From contig NC_042999.1 in NCBI RefSeq assembly GCF_006345805.1, positions 57,970,001 through 58,034,000 on the forward strand: DNA of 64,000 nt, given 5' to 3'. Shown here in pieces: positions 38,453 to 51,483 of the stretch; the first letter of the stretch is position 1, and every line of letters starts with the position of its first letter. The position numbers were made by a program, and so were the translations under genes. The notes under the pieces are model-generated. The model did not search any database. It saw only the letters and a program-made list of their open reading frames with translations, and was not told the DNA's origin. This DNA is from Octopus sinensis. Its lineage: Eukaryota.

Positions 38453-40638
38453 GTAAGTAAATGTGACTTCTATTTGAAAAATAAATTTCTAATTATAGTG
38501 GAAAAGATTTTTGTAATAACTTTTTTTTTTTTAGGTTTTAAAAAAAAAAAGTCTTTGTCATAAGAGAAAGGGCATTATCCATGATTCCTTTTAGGACCTC
38601 TGTGACTAGTGGGAGGAAGGAAGAAATTTATTTTCAGATTAAGGACCTGATCTAACTGCTTGAAACAGAATGGCATTTGTTAAAGACACCCAGAGGGCCA
38701 GGTGGTGGTGTTAAACTGAACAATGAATTATCTTTACCATTAAGTAACAGCCTGATTGAGTATAGAAATCTGTTTGAGGGCTTCTAGTTTCCAAACATTT
38801 TAGCATTTTAGTTTCCTAAGGCTTGTCAGGAGACTTAGCAAATGAAGCAACACTTTTATAAAGACATGTTATGAGAACAAACATAGGTTGTACAAAGCAA
38901 GCTCAACTGATATCTTTGGTTATACCATGTCAATGATGTATGATGCTGGAAATATTGGGGTAAGGTAGACTTTCTTAGTGAAGTATAGCCAATTTGAGAT
39001 GTTGGAGTACAGAGTGGAGAAGGAAAATCTGTTTTTTTTTAATTTTTAATACCTATTATTAAAGAAAAAATGAATTTTCAAATTTTAATGATTATCCTTT
39101 TATCATTAAAACTTGTCCTGTAAGGGTGTATATTAGCTGAAGTTCAAACCCCAACTTGCTTTTTATCCTCTCAGAAATAATGAAATAAATACCAGTCAAG
39201 TACTGGTATCAATTTAATTGTGGTTTTGGTTGAACCTAGATCATCATTTTAAAAATAAAATCAGGTGTCTTGTTATTTCCTAGTTTCAGACATGGTTCGT
39301 TTGCAGTAAAGTTGAATGTTTTAGTTCTCTGAAATAATTCTAGTTAGAATTAGTTTACTGCTAGTTGATTTGGTGAGCCCAATTTATTGAACTATTTTTC
39401 TGTCTTTTACAAACATGATGAAATGTATAAGATCCACAATTAAATTAGCTACTTTATGTTACACATCTTCCATGAAGACCACAATGTTTGTTGAAGCCCA
39501 TTGATGACCATACAATATCAAGTGCTCGTATAAATTATGGTTATTCTTGATGTAATATTTTATAATAGAATTGAAAGCTGTTCTGGAGAATGAATCAGTT
39601 CTGCTTCTATTTTTATAATATAATTGCTTAGTTGAGTGAGAGAAAAATTCCCAAGACTTGAGGCAGCCAGTTCTTAAGTTTTCAAATTAGGATGACTGAA
39701 TGTACTAGTTACTTATTTGGTCATCTATACCCACAAATATGTCCAGATTTCCACATAAATTGTTCGTTATGTTTATGCCAATAAGAGAGCATCTACATGG
39801 TTGCACACAACCTGCTAAATGTTTCAAATCACATTCTTCCATCAAAAAGAAAGACACATTGAATAATATAGACCTAAAAACATGTATTTAACCTTGACCT
39901 CAGTACACCAAGTGTATATAGGTTTCAACTGGAATGGCTTGGATCCTAAACCTGCAGGTTCAGAATTAATTTGTGGTTAAACTATAACCTTTTCCTTTAC
40001 ATTTCTTTTATTTAGGAAATCTCTTTGTCACTATCTATAGTATATTTCTAGGAGATGAGAAAAGTTGGAGTAAGGCCATTAGTGTATTTTCCAACTTGGT
40101 TTACCAATCATGTAGATTAAAAGCAAATTTGATCCCTTAACAAGATCAAACTTATTTCTACACTTCACTCTTTGCCTTTCACTCTAGTATCAATAAAACA
40201 ATTTCTAGGAGTTGTTGATTTCATTGATTATATCCGTCCTTTAAAAAAAAGGGGTTTTGTATCATCATCATCATCGTTTGTCTGCCTTCCATGCTGGCTA
40301 TCTATGTAAAAAGTTGGAAATTTGATTGAGATATGTTGATTACAAAAATAATCTGGAAGACTTCAAAGAAAATTTCAGGAACAATCACACTGCATGTAGA
40401 CTATTTTACATGTGAATAAATACAATATATGCAAATGTTTAGCCACTTCATTATTCCTATGTTTACATATATTGAATTTAATCAAGTTTAACAGTTAGTT
40501 GAAATTACTGGTGTCTCAAACTTTTTAAAAAATCAAAAACATTTTTCTTGTTAATTACAGATCAACTTTACATTTATGTTTGAATATTATCTGATTTTAA
40601 TGCAAATTTTCATTAATTTCATCTTCTTTTTTTCCAAG

Positions 40639-40809
40639 ATGAATGGAGTCGTATAGGGGGAGTACTTTTGATGGGATATGAAATGTACAGATTATTGGTA
40701 ACAAAAAAGTGCACTTTTGGTCCTCCTCCTTCTCGAAGGAAAAAGAAGAATAATGAACCAATTATTATAGATATTGAGGAAGAAGATATGAATAAAAAAT
40801 TACATTTAG
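40639..40809 (+). CDS. RAD54L2: RAD54L2 exon (EWSRIGGVLLMGYEMYRLL...)
   Basis: CCAAG acceptor after a polypyrimidine tract, G|GTAAGA donor; phase 1-1. Confidence 0.93.
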
Positions 40810-41818
40810 GTAAGATTATTTAAATTTGATGTTTTGCACATATATTTAGTTCTGTTTGCCATTTATTTAAATAGAAGGAAAACTAGATTGTATCCTGAAA
40901 AGCAGGAATATCAAAAGATGTAATGATAATTAATGAATATCAATTAGCAATACAATACTTATATGATAGTATTAGTGTGACTGTACATAAACCATAGATT
41001 TTACATCCATTTTTCCATTCTGACATGGATCAGAATAATCTCATAGCATCTCACTCATTGTAGGCCTCGTCATCTGGCACCGACAGCATCAAAGATAATC
41101 AGACAACTCTGTACCTAATATCGGCCTTCCTAGATATACCATGTGACAACACATGGAGTTCATGTTCTCAATGTGTATTCCATTTTTAGCATGGTTTCTA
41201 AAGTTAGGTGCTTTTCCTATTACTAACAATTTGACAACAACAAAGGATTTTAATTACTTCTTGTATATATTTCTGACATCAGTACTTCACAATTTTCTGC
41301 TGGCCGATAACTAAGTTTTGTTAAGTAACTATTCAAACATTAAAAGGAAGAAATTCATTCCTTTTTCTTTTGCTATTTTACTAATGTAAACTTTCTAAGC
41401 ATCTTAAATAAATTTAGTTCTTAGATAAAAAAAAAAGGAATTTATTTATTTATTTGTTGCCTCATCATGCAGATAATAAAAAACAACCATATATGGCATT
41501 TTGAGAAATGTACATTCTAAAGAATGTTATTGGGATTTCGTTTGAAGTTATATTTCGGTAAATTTTTCAGTGAAAAGTACTAATCTGATATGGTCTTTCT
41601 AGTCAGTATGAAGATTTGAGACATAAGTTGCAGAGAGACAAAAATTTGAGGCATGAATTGCAAAGAGACAAAAATACAGAATTAATAAGGAATTTAAATA
41701 GAACAAAAAAAAATCTGTGAAGTGTTCAGGAAATTGTGTTATGTTAAGAGGCCACTTTATGATATGAAGCTGTTTTTTGGAAGTTCTTTTGTAATTATAA
41801 CTAAATTATATGTTCTAG

Positions 41819-41933
41819 GCATTCAAAAAGCACTTGTGAATCCTGGACCAGATTTGATTGTTTGTGATGAAGGCCATCGCATAAAGAACAGTTTATCTGG
41901 AGTGGCTCAATCATTGAAGAACATTAAAACAAA
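41819..41933 (+). CDS. RAD54L2: RAD54L2 exon, motif II (PGPDLIVCDEGHRIKN)
   Basis: DExH Walker B; TTCTAG acceptor, AA|GTGAGT donor; phase 1 in, 2 out. Confidence 0.95.
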
Positions 41934-42090
41934 GTGAGTTTTATTTAATGTAAAAATTTTCAAATATGTATTTCGTTTCCATAAGTTTTTTTGTTAATTT
42001 CTGTTGATGAAATATTTAAAATTGTGCAATGTTGATGATTATTGTCAGTAAAACTGTTCAATTATTGGAAGTGATGGGGGTTATTTTGTT

Positions 42091-42183
42091 ATATTTTTCT
42101 CATTATTTTGATAGCATCAATTTTTCTCATTATTATTTTGATAGTATCAATTTTTCTCATTATTATTTTGATAGTATCAATTT
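42091..42183. repeat. ~31-bp minisatellite, 3 copies
   Basis: CAATTTTTCTCATTATTATTTTGATAGTAT repeated. Confidence 0.85.
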
Positions 42184-42543
42184 CTTTTTCAAGTTAGCAT
42201 AAGTTGAGCTAGTTTTATTTGGTATCTCTTGTCTCCAATTTCAGTGATTTATTCATAAGAATTAGTATTGGCCTTACTTTATGTCATCCTTAGCTTACAT
42301 TTACTTTGTGCACCAATGAATCCTATCTTATGAAGATTTTTCAATTATATTGCCTGATTAAAAAAAAAAATTGTTTTGTTTTTTTCTCTACCTAGTTCTT
42401 CTCTCACCCTCAATCTCTCAATTAAGGCTGTTTTCTTAATCTGAATTATCTTGAACTTTATACAATTGCTTGCTCAGGCACATTTTATTCCTAGGCAAGT
42501 TAAGTAAGGTTTTGGTGGGGAAGCATTGTGTTATATATCACTA

Positions 42544-43292
42544 TCATCAACATCATCATTGTTTAACATCCGCTTTCCATCCTAGCATGGGTTGGACGAT
42601 TTTGACTGGGCGCTGGCGAACCAGATGGCTGCACCAGGCTCCAATCTTGATTTGGCAGAGTTTCTACAGCTGGATGCCCTTCCTAACGCCAACCACTCTG
42701 AGAGTGTAGTAGGTGCATTTTACGTGCCACCGGCACGGGGGCCAGTCAGGTGGTACTGGCAACCACCTCGCTTGAATCTTTTTACACATGCCACCAGCAC
42801 AGGTGCCAGTAAGGCAACGTTGGTAACGATCATGCTCGAATGGTACCCTTTTACGTGCCACCGGCACGGAAGCCAGTTGGCTGCTCTGGCAATGATCATG
42901 CTCGGATGGTGCTCTTGGCACTCTACTAGCACAGGCACAAGTGCCAGTAAGGCGATGCTGGTAACGATCACGCTCGAATGGTGCTTTTTATGTGCCACTG
43001 GCACAGAAGCCAGTTAGCCACTCTGTCAACGATCACGCTCGTATGGTGCTCTTTGCACCCTGCTAGTACGGATGCCAGTCATCGAATGTGATTTTGATTT
43101 TGATTTCACTTGCCTCAACAGGTCTTTGCAAGCAGAGTTTAGTGTCCAAGGAAGGAAAAGGTATGCATAAGTGGGCTGGTTACGCTCCTGGCATGGGCCA
43201 CAGGTTATGGTCTCGTTTGGCTTGCCAGGTCTTCGCAAGCACAGCATAATTCCAAAAGTCTTGGTCGCTAGAACATTAGGTCTCACTGAGGA
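42544..43292 (-). mobile_element. 5'-truncated RTE LINE copy with a long 3' UTR tandem array
   Basis: Reverse complement of 52970-53592; (CAT)n tail at 42544; about 6 units of ~65 bp. Confidence 0.9.
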
Positions 43293-43650
43293 AATGACAA
43301 GGAGGAGGAAATGAGGAAATATAGTAATGATTAAATGAATTCTTTAGTTTATTACTTTTCCAATTCGTTAAATGCCATGAATATATACAGTTAATTATTT
43401 TCTTCAAGTATTCCAATTCTCTCAAACTCTCACTACACATTTTATTAATAGGATCTTTCGTAATGTAGAATTCACAGTGTACATTCACCTGCTTTATTAC
43501 TAGTTATAGAAGACTTTCTGCCTAAACTATTTTGGAGAGAAAAACCACATTGTTGTCAGTAAAGGAAAATCATTTTTGTGTTTGATAATTTAATCTTACA
43601 AATTAGATCTTTTAGCTAATGTTATTTTCAAAACAATTTTTTTTTTCAAG

Positions 43651-43878
43651 GAGAAGAATTGTACTAACTGGTTACCCGCTACAGAATAATTTATTGGAGT
43701 ATTGGTGCATGGTTGACTTTGTGAGACCTAACTATTTAGGTACAAAAGCAGAATTTTGTAACATGTTTGAACGACCCATCATGAATGGTCAATGTGTTGA
43801 CAGTACACGTGAGGATGTCACTTTAATGAGGTACAGAGCCCATGTTCTTCACAGTTTGTTGCAAGGATTTATTCAGAG
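43651..43878 (+). CDS. RAD54L2: RAD54L2 exon, motif III ([30 protein letters not shown]...)
   Basis: TTTCAAG acceptor, AG|GTAAGA donor; phase 2-2. Confidence 0.95.
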
Positions 43879-43969
43879 GTAAGAAATATTTTGAATTTTT
43901 ACTTTTAATAAAGCAAGTGGATGACAATTGATAGATTACCAAATATAACATTTTAATGTTTCGAATTAA

Positions 43970-44191
43970 CCCTTTTGTTACCATCTTTCTGTTGAGATAC
44001 TATGTGTTTCTTTCAATTAATTTTAAATATAACAAAGAATTTAGTAAAATAACTAAGTTATTATTAAGCTAGTGTTCGGAACATAAATTGTGACTAAGGT
44101 TTGGTGGAAGATTTTGATTCAGAACTTTTGATAACAAGATATTTGTACTACAGAGCCAGGGGTGGTTTCAAGCAAGGTGGTATCAAATGGG
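43970..44191 (+). mobile_element. piggyBac MITE family B (222 bp)
   Basis: TTAA-CCCTTTTGTTACC ... GGTATCAAATGGG-TTAA; its start resembles the end of the 45064 element. Partial copy near 26850-27050. Confidence 0.85.
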
Positions 44192-45063
44192 TTAAATTCC
44201 AACTAGGTTTGACTTTGTCTTTCATCCTTTTGAAGTTGATAAGCACTGGTCAAATACTGGTTTTAATAGACTACATTTCTCTCTCAAATTTCTGACCTTG
44301 TGCCTAAGAAATAATATTTAAGCAAAGTAAATAAGACAAATGGAAGTATGCTTAACAGTGATCAGTTTCATCCTACTTTTGCTCTTTTAAATACCACTGA
44401 GCTCCACCTTCGCTTTTTAACATCTAGGGTTAATGAAACAAGTCTAGTAGTTTTTGTTGGGGTCACTTCAGTTACCCATATACTAGTCTCCTATAAAAAT
44501 TGGCTATATTTTAAGGAAAAATTTTCTAAAAATAAAATTTTTTTCATGTATTTAAATCTTACTAACATGAATTTATTATGGTCTGTGCACTGCACATTGA
44601 CACATTATTTCCTGGCCTTATTTGATTTAACTGTTAACATGTCTCATTTATGTTCTACTTTGTAAATGAATAATTAACAATAGAATGAACATGCATCTGT
44701 ATAAAAGAATTGCTTTATTGTTATGTAATATTCTTACTAACCTGGGAAAATGATTACGAAACTTTGCAAATAATACTTTTGATTATCACAAAGTTATGAA
44801 TTTCACTTAACAGTATGGAATATAGAAAAAACAAATTCTGTATTTTGGGTCTTAACAAACCAAACCAAATGATGAACTAAAAACTGTTATGACATGTGCA
44901 ATATAGCAAAATGGGCAAGTTATGACATTGACATCAAACAATAAACTGACAGATGTATATTTCCTGACAATTGTAGCTATGAGTGCCTTATGCTCGCCAC
45001 CACACTTGTATCTCTCTATTTATTTGCACATGTCAAAACGATTTAGATGTTGTTTAATGTTAA

Positions 45064-46146
45064 CCCTTTCATTACTATATTTCTGACCAAATTACACCCC
45101 TTATGTGTTTCAATTAATTTCTAATGTAATCATAAATTTAGTCTGGTTTCATTAAACAACTATAACTTTTTTATTTATCGATATATTAATCTGATTTTTG
45201 GAAGATAATTTAATGAAATATTCTCAACCAATTCTATACTATAATTTTTGTCACAAAGTGACTCTATTTGCAGGTAGATACAGGTAAATTCCACAAAATA
45301 TAAAATTATTAAAATTTTGTTCAAACATCGCTATAGAAAATATTAGCTAATATTCAATTGGGTATACAACAAAATTTTACAATAGAATTTGTTATTCTGG
45401 GTAACTTTCTGATACCCATAATAATATTTATGGCAAAATAGGCCTTAATTTCATTTAAGGTTGTGGGAAATAACAAACTATCCTTTCTTTCGTTTTGTTT
45501 ACGTTTAGCGTAACGGTTCGTTTTCGCTGTAATGATTTCAAATAGGCTCATTCGAAAAAGTAAATAGAAATAGTCTAAGGCTTTACCCCTCTGGGAAAGT
45601 CTGTGGCTTGGTCCAGTTTCTGCAGAAAAATCACCGAAAGAAACAGTTTTTAAATTTTCACTCCATTCAGGTGCCAATTCGTTTTCTTTATCGCTATCGG
45701 AGATCTCAGATTCACTGTTTTCACTTTCGGAAAATGAAACATCAAATTCATTATCAAATACCATGTGCTTTTTTTTTTCAGTCATAGAGTTAGATTTATG
45801 AAGGTCTTCAGTAGAAAATCCTTCGAATTCTGACTCGCTGCTTGATATAATGAAATTCGTATCCATTTTTTGTCAGAATTACAAATTTTGAAAACACAAT
45901 AGGAACAAATTTCGGAAAAAAAATCTCCCAAAATTCACGGAATTAAAATTACACTTCGATTATTGTACAAAACTGTAGTTGAACTGTTTACGAAGTATAA
46001 TACGTGTTTTCACGAATGTACTGAAGAGATTTGCTCCGATATTCTCATTTAAATATGAATAGGTAAATTCGGGCGGCTTTGGGCGGTTTGGTTTCATAAA
46101 CCAAAATTTTTTTCGGGCGGCTTTGGGCGGTTTGGTAACGAAAGGG
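45064..46146 (-). mobile_element. Internally deleted piggyBac retaining the transposase N-terminus
   Basis: TTAA at both flanks, CCCTTTC(G/A)TTAC TIRs, duplicated subterminal CAAACCGCCCAAAGCCGCCCGAA; ORF 45354-45866(-) with PGBD-type DYFYLLF..LFEII..TNRYA..TTLNEIKAYFAINIIMG. Confidence 0.9.
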
Positions 46147-46649
46147 TTAATATTTCATTTTGTAATTTTTACTTCCTGATTTAGTTTTGTTATATTTCAT
46201 CTTAAATTTCTAAATTGTTAAATGACTTTCCATCCTCTCAGAAATAATAAAATAATTACCAGTCAAGTACTGGTAACCTAAGCTATATGACTATGCTTTT
46301 ACTAAACTACAAGTTCTAGATTAATTTTCTTTTTTCTTTTTGTTATTTTTAGATATCACATTTTACTTTTAATTCCTATTTTTACTTAGCTGATAATTTT
46401 TTTATAACTGCCAGGTGGACTCTGGTTAAGTAATTAAACATTTTTATTAGAATGTTAGTGATATACTTTTCATTAACACTATTATAGCATAATAGTTGTT
46501 AACGTTCTTAAAATATAAAAATAAACAAGAATTTAGGAGAATTTATTAGCGAAAATAAAATGAAAAGAGGGAAGCAATGACAAGTGATCGAGACCTTTGG
46601 CAATTTGTTGTGCTTGAGAAGACACATCAAGCCAAGTGAAATTGTAGTT

Positions 46650-46840
46650 GTGGTAAGTGTCGGTGACACATAAAAGGTACCCATGCTGGTGACATGTAGC
46701 GTGGTTGATATTAGGAAAGGCTTCCAACTATAGAAACCAAGCCAAACTAAACTTGAGCCTGGCACAGCTCTCTGGCTGACCAGTTCCAGTCAAACTGTAA
46801 CCCATGCCAGCATGGAAAACGGGTGCAAAATGATGATGAA
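46650..46840 (+). mobile_element. RTE 3'-end fragment
   Basis: TTAGGAAAGGC..CCATGCCAGCATGGAAAACGG..ATGATGATG. Confidence 0.75.
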
Positions 46841-47313
46841 ATCTCTCAAAGTAGCATTACTCTTTGATAGGAACTCATAAAATATTCTGTGTTCATACAT
46901 ATTTTTTTAATGTTTAGTGAGGAAGCCTGAGATTAGGATAATTTTATTAGGACACTTGAGTTGTTTGTGGTTTGTTTCCATGCTACTTGCTTGTAAATAA
47001 AAGTGAATGTTATAGCTATGATTGGTTCTTGTGTTTGTGATGCTGTGAGTTATCTTAGTTACCTAGAGACTGGATCCAAATTGTAATTGCAACCAAGTGG
47101 ACTTTTTTAATGTGAGGTTAAACTGTAGAGGATTAATTCTATTACCCAACTTGAGTCATTGAAAAAATATGAAGCATCATATGTGAGTGCTGTATGTGCA
47201 ATAGCAATATTGAATACATGGATAAGCATCATTAAAAAATGATTATCAAATCTACTTTCTTATTTTTTTGTTTTTGTAAATTAATTTACTTCACATTCTT
47301 TTCATTTTAACAG

Positions 47314-47491
47314 GAGAGGCCATTCAGTCCTTCAGTTTAGTTTGCCCCCGAAACAAGAACATGTCTTTACTATCCGAATGTCAAATATCCAAAGACAACT
47401 TTACAAGAAATTTATGGACTGCATTTCAGATTGTGAAATGGGAATGTGGGCAAGCTACAATCCCTTGAAAGCTTTCTCTACATGTTGTAAG
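47314..47491 (+). CDS. RAD54L2: RAD54L2 exon (RGHSVLQFSLPPKQEHVFTIRMSNIQRQLY...NPLKAFSTCCK)
   Basis: AACAG acceptor, AAG|GTAATT donor; phase 2 in, 0 out. Not in the ORF track; translated by hand. Confidence 0.92.
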
Positions 47492-47805
47492 GTAATTAAT
47501 TTTCTGTAAAAACAATATTTATTTTATGACTTGCATTTGTCTGGCAAGTGAAAAATGTTTGCTTTTGCATTTTATAAATTATAAGAAACTCTTCCTGGAT
47601 TATCATTATTAAATTATGAAAAAACCTGAAATATCTTACATTAATTTGCTATAGAATTATATGTACATTTTAAAAAAATAACTCTTTTTTTTTCGTTTGC
47701 TAAATTTAGAATATTTATTGCATCTGAATTAATTATTGAATATTTAAAATCTGATTTTAATATAGTCTTTCAAAAAAAAGTATTAATATCTATTGTCAAA
47801 TTCAG

Positions 47806-49491
47806 ATTTGGAACCATCCAGATGTTATGTGGAAAATTATACAACATCAGAAAACTCTTCTTGAAGACAATGACTTGGATTTTGAACCTGATGGAAAAGT
47901 TAATGGTGTTCAGTCAGGTGGTAAAAAGAAAAACAAAACTATTGGCAACTCTACTCGTATGAATGCAAATACAAAGAAAAAAATACTTCCTGAACCTATT
48001 AATATGAAAAATAATGCTCATAAGTGTTGCAGCAACAACAGATCAAATACAAGTGACAATTTGAACCTTGGTTTTCAACCAAAAGGAATGGGAATGAATA
48101 GTTGTAGTGGATCAAGGGACAACAGTTGTTGTAATTATAATTTAGGCCAGGATCTAGGGCTTTGCTGTAATTCTGGAATGCAATCATGTAACAGTCCTGG
48201 GATGAATAATACACCTAGTGGTAATAATACTTGTAATGATAACAGCCTTGAACAGAACATGAATTTTATGAGTTCTAAGATGAGCAATATGAAGGACAAT
48301 AATAACCAGTTGAGTGCTTCCTACTTAAGTTCAACTTGCCATAAGGATTCTAACAGTGGTATAAGTACCATTAACCAAGGTTGTCATATAAATAATGAAC
48401 CTAGAGGAGATATGGTAAGAAACCTGGAGCCAGGAGAATGCATGACTAGAAACGAGTCCAGTCAGAATAATTGCATTAATAATGACCACATGATTCCTGG
48501 TAGTCATATTGGTATGAATGCAAGTTGTGATCAAACTAATACAAGGCATCTAATGGACAGTGGAAGTATGAACAGTGAAAATCATATTGGGTCTTTAGGT
48601 TATTTGAATACACATTCAAATAGTGATGCTCATGGTTGTTTGAATGCAAGTAGACATAATGATGTTAACAATGTTATGAATGCTAATGACCAAATGAATT
48701 TAAACTATGGTTTGAATTCTGGAAGCCATATGAGTGGCAATAGTATGAACATGGTTAGTAGAGATGTAATAAATTCCAATTGTGCCATTGGTGATTCTAG
48801 CAATTTAAATTCTTGCCCTCCTAGTGGTTTGAATTTTGGCAATCAGTCTCATTGTTATGATGCCACAAATAGCAATCATAACATGGGCCTTTCCAGCTTG
48901 AAGTCTTGTGCAGCAAATACAAATAATCACTTGGGTGGTGGTAGTAGTATGAACTACATGAGCCATTTGGGACCTGATATCACTGCTGGTTGTTCCTTGA
49001 CAAATGATACCATGAAAAATATAAACATTGATAGCTGTGAACAAATAACAGACATAAAAAGTAATGTCACCTGCCAAATGAATAACATGAATATAAATCC
49101 TTGTCAAATGAACAGTGATAACCAGAGTCATTTGAACAGTAACAACACCCTTGGTATGGGTAACATGCTGCTGAGCAATACGAATCAGAACAATCAGGAA
49201 TCAAAAGACGACTACAGCAGAGATATCGGTAGTCACATAACTCCCAACACTGGTTTGAATAGTTGTAGTAACAACACCCAGTTAAACACAACTGCTAAAG
49301 ATTGTAAAAATGTAAATATGTGCAACAAAGTTTCCCAGAACATGAATATGCAGAGCACAAATATGTTTGGTGGCAGCAACTCAACTGCTGGTGCTCATGT
49401 GTGCAACCAAAGTGGAACACAAGGAAATATACCTACTACAACTTCAACAACAGAGAAGAAGTTAGACAGCAATGTCCTTTCTTTAGACTGG
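47806..49491 (+). CDS. RAD54L2: RAD54L2 giant exon (562 codons): IWNHPDV, a long Asn/Ser/Met/Cys-rich insert, then LDW
   Basis: TTCAG acceptor, TGG|GTAAGT donor; uninterrupted frame; starts with the conserved IWNHPD and ends at the Trp that precedes the second ATPase lobe. Confidence 0.9.
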
Positions 49492-51483
49492 GTAAGTATA
49501 TAAATATATGTATGTATAGAGTGTTTGAAGTGGTGTACAGATATTGTATTTTAAGAAGAAGGAGGCAGTCAGAATTTTGGATAATTCTTTATTAGCGCTT
49601 TTATCTGTTCAGTGGAACTCTTCAGATATGATGCACAGAAAAATTCTTCAGCCTTATATACAAATCAAAAAAAGAATATTGTTTTGTTTTGTTTTGTTTA
49701 GATGAAGAGGAAGGAAGGGAGGAGGGGGATGAAGACAGAGAGAAACGAAAGTAAAAGAAATCCTGTATCTTGGGGGATGGTCTTTGACTAACATGTGGTT
49801 GATGCTAAATATATGTATATACAAATAGCAAAAGTAACTAATATGATCAGTAGAGCATCTCACAAAATACGTTGTGGTCTTATTTGTTTATGTCCATTTA
49901 TATTCTGAGTTCAGATTTGACCTTGATTCACTTTGACTTTCACGCTCCAGGGTTGAGAAATGAAGTACTGGGGTTGATGTAATCAGCTATACTCTAGAAG
50001 TGGTATGGAAACACGACTACAGTTCAGTGACTGAAACCTTGAAAAAATATTTTCCTGAACTGGGAATCCATAGATGAGTCTGTGGTTTCTCACTCTGGAC
50101 GAAACAGCTGGTCACTGTGAACCATTCAATTCTTTGAGCAAATCTTAACTCTATAAATCCTCTTTCTTAGTATTAGTACACAAGTACGCCCAAATTAGTA
50201 GTGTTTAAAGTAGAATGCTATTACAAAATGTGACTCGAATAAGATATTGTTTCAGCTAAACCCCAAGTTTAACTTGGCATTTTTCTTAATGTGTTTTCTA
50301 AAAGAATTAACCTTGTGCAGCATGTTTTGATATTTTGACTTATGTTGCTTTAAATTGATTTTGATTGTTATTAGATGGGTACCTAATTCAGATTTAATTT
50401 GAACCAGGAGTCTATTTTTCAACACTTTGATATTCAAGCCAGCTGAATCCGGCCCAAATATTTTTTTTGTTTAAACCGGCCAGATCCAGCTTCTCACACC
50501 TACTCTACAATGTCATTGTAAAAATAAACAATCACATCATTAAAGTCTCGAAGCTACAAGACAGTACATGATGAATTCAAAACAATGGGAATAAATAAAC
50601 ATTACATTTAACAGAATAATCTGTATACTAAATGGTTAGAGTGATAATGCTCTTAACTTCTAGATCACCATTGCTGATACATTTTTAGGTTACTTACCTT
50701 TACATTTCTCTTTTAGTGAAAGCAACCATATTGAGCTGACATCAGCAATGGGCTTTCGATAGGCTTATCAGCAAATGTTATATATACTGTCATCATCATC
50801 ATCATCATCATCATATTCCATGCTAGCATAGACTGAATGATTTGACAGGATCTGATTGGTCTGAGGACTGTGCCATGCTTCAGTCTCTGCTTTTGGCATT
50901 GTTTCTATAACTGGATGCTCTTCCTAACACCAGCCATTTTATAGCATGTACTGGGTGGGTTTCTTTATGGCACCAGCACTTGTATGGTTGTCAAGCGGTT
51001 TGCAAGAATAAGTGCCCTTTCTACTGAGTGGAGCTACTGAGGTGAGTGAGATTGTTTTATGCTGGTCACTGAGATGTTGAAGTAAGAGAGGAACTGGTCT
51101 CTTGCTGTAGAGGTGCTGTGTGCCTGCTGACAATATAGAAGAGAAAGTAAGAGTGACTGGAGTGGAGTGGGAAAGAGATAAAAACAGTGGTGATGAGGTA
51201 TTAAGGCGGACCCTCAATGTAAGGGATGAGTAGGAGTGAGCGAGGGAATAGAATAGGGAGTGTTAGTTGGTAGAGGTTGCCCTAGTGTATGGGATTCAGA
51301 GATGGTTGGAGATGGGGAATGAGTGAGGAAATGAAGATAATGACTGAAGACAAATGATAGACTCTGTCCTTGATTTTTCTCAGTTTACAATGTGGTTGTC
51401 TATCAGTTATCAAAATTTGATTCCATAGTGGTATATAATTTCTTTTCTCACTCTTGAAGATTTATGAGCTTATTAACAGACAA

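Noticed and set aside
42715-43090. CRISPR-like array
   Set aside because: Eukaryotic context, units repeat along their whole length with no unique spacers, and no cas genes.
38104-43878. ATRX instead of RAD54L2
   Set aside because: IGGIRFLYDN, GFGCILAHSMG and the DQLE..AAQ.EE block match ARIP4; no ADD domain is present.
47827-49491. Reflectin-like protein, given the Met/Asn richness in a cephalopod
   Set aside because: No M/FD-x5-MD-x5-MD repeats, low Tyr/Arg, and it is spliced in frame within the helicase.
50252-50437. Lys-rich 61-aa minus-strand ORF as a captured gene fragment
   Set aside because: No recognisable motif or splice context; compatible with chance in AT-rich DNA.
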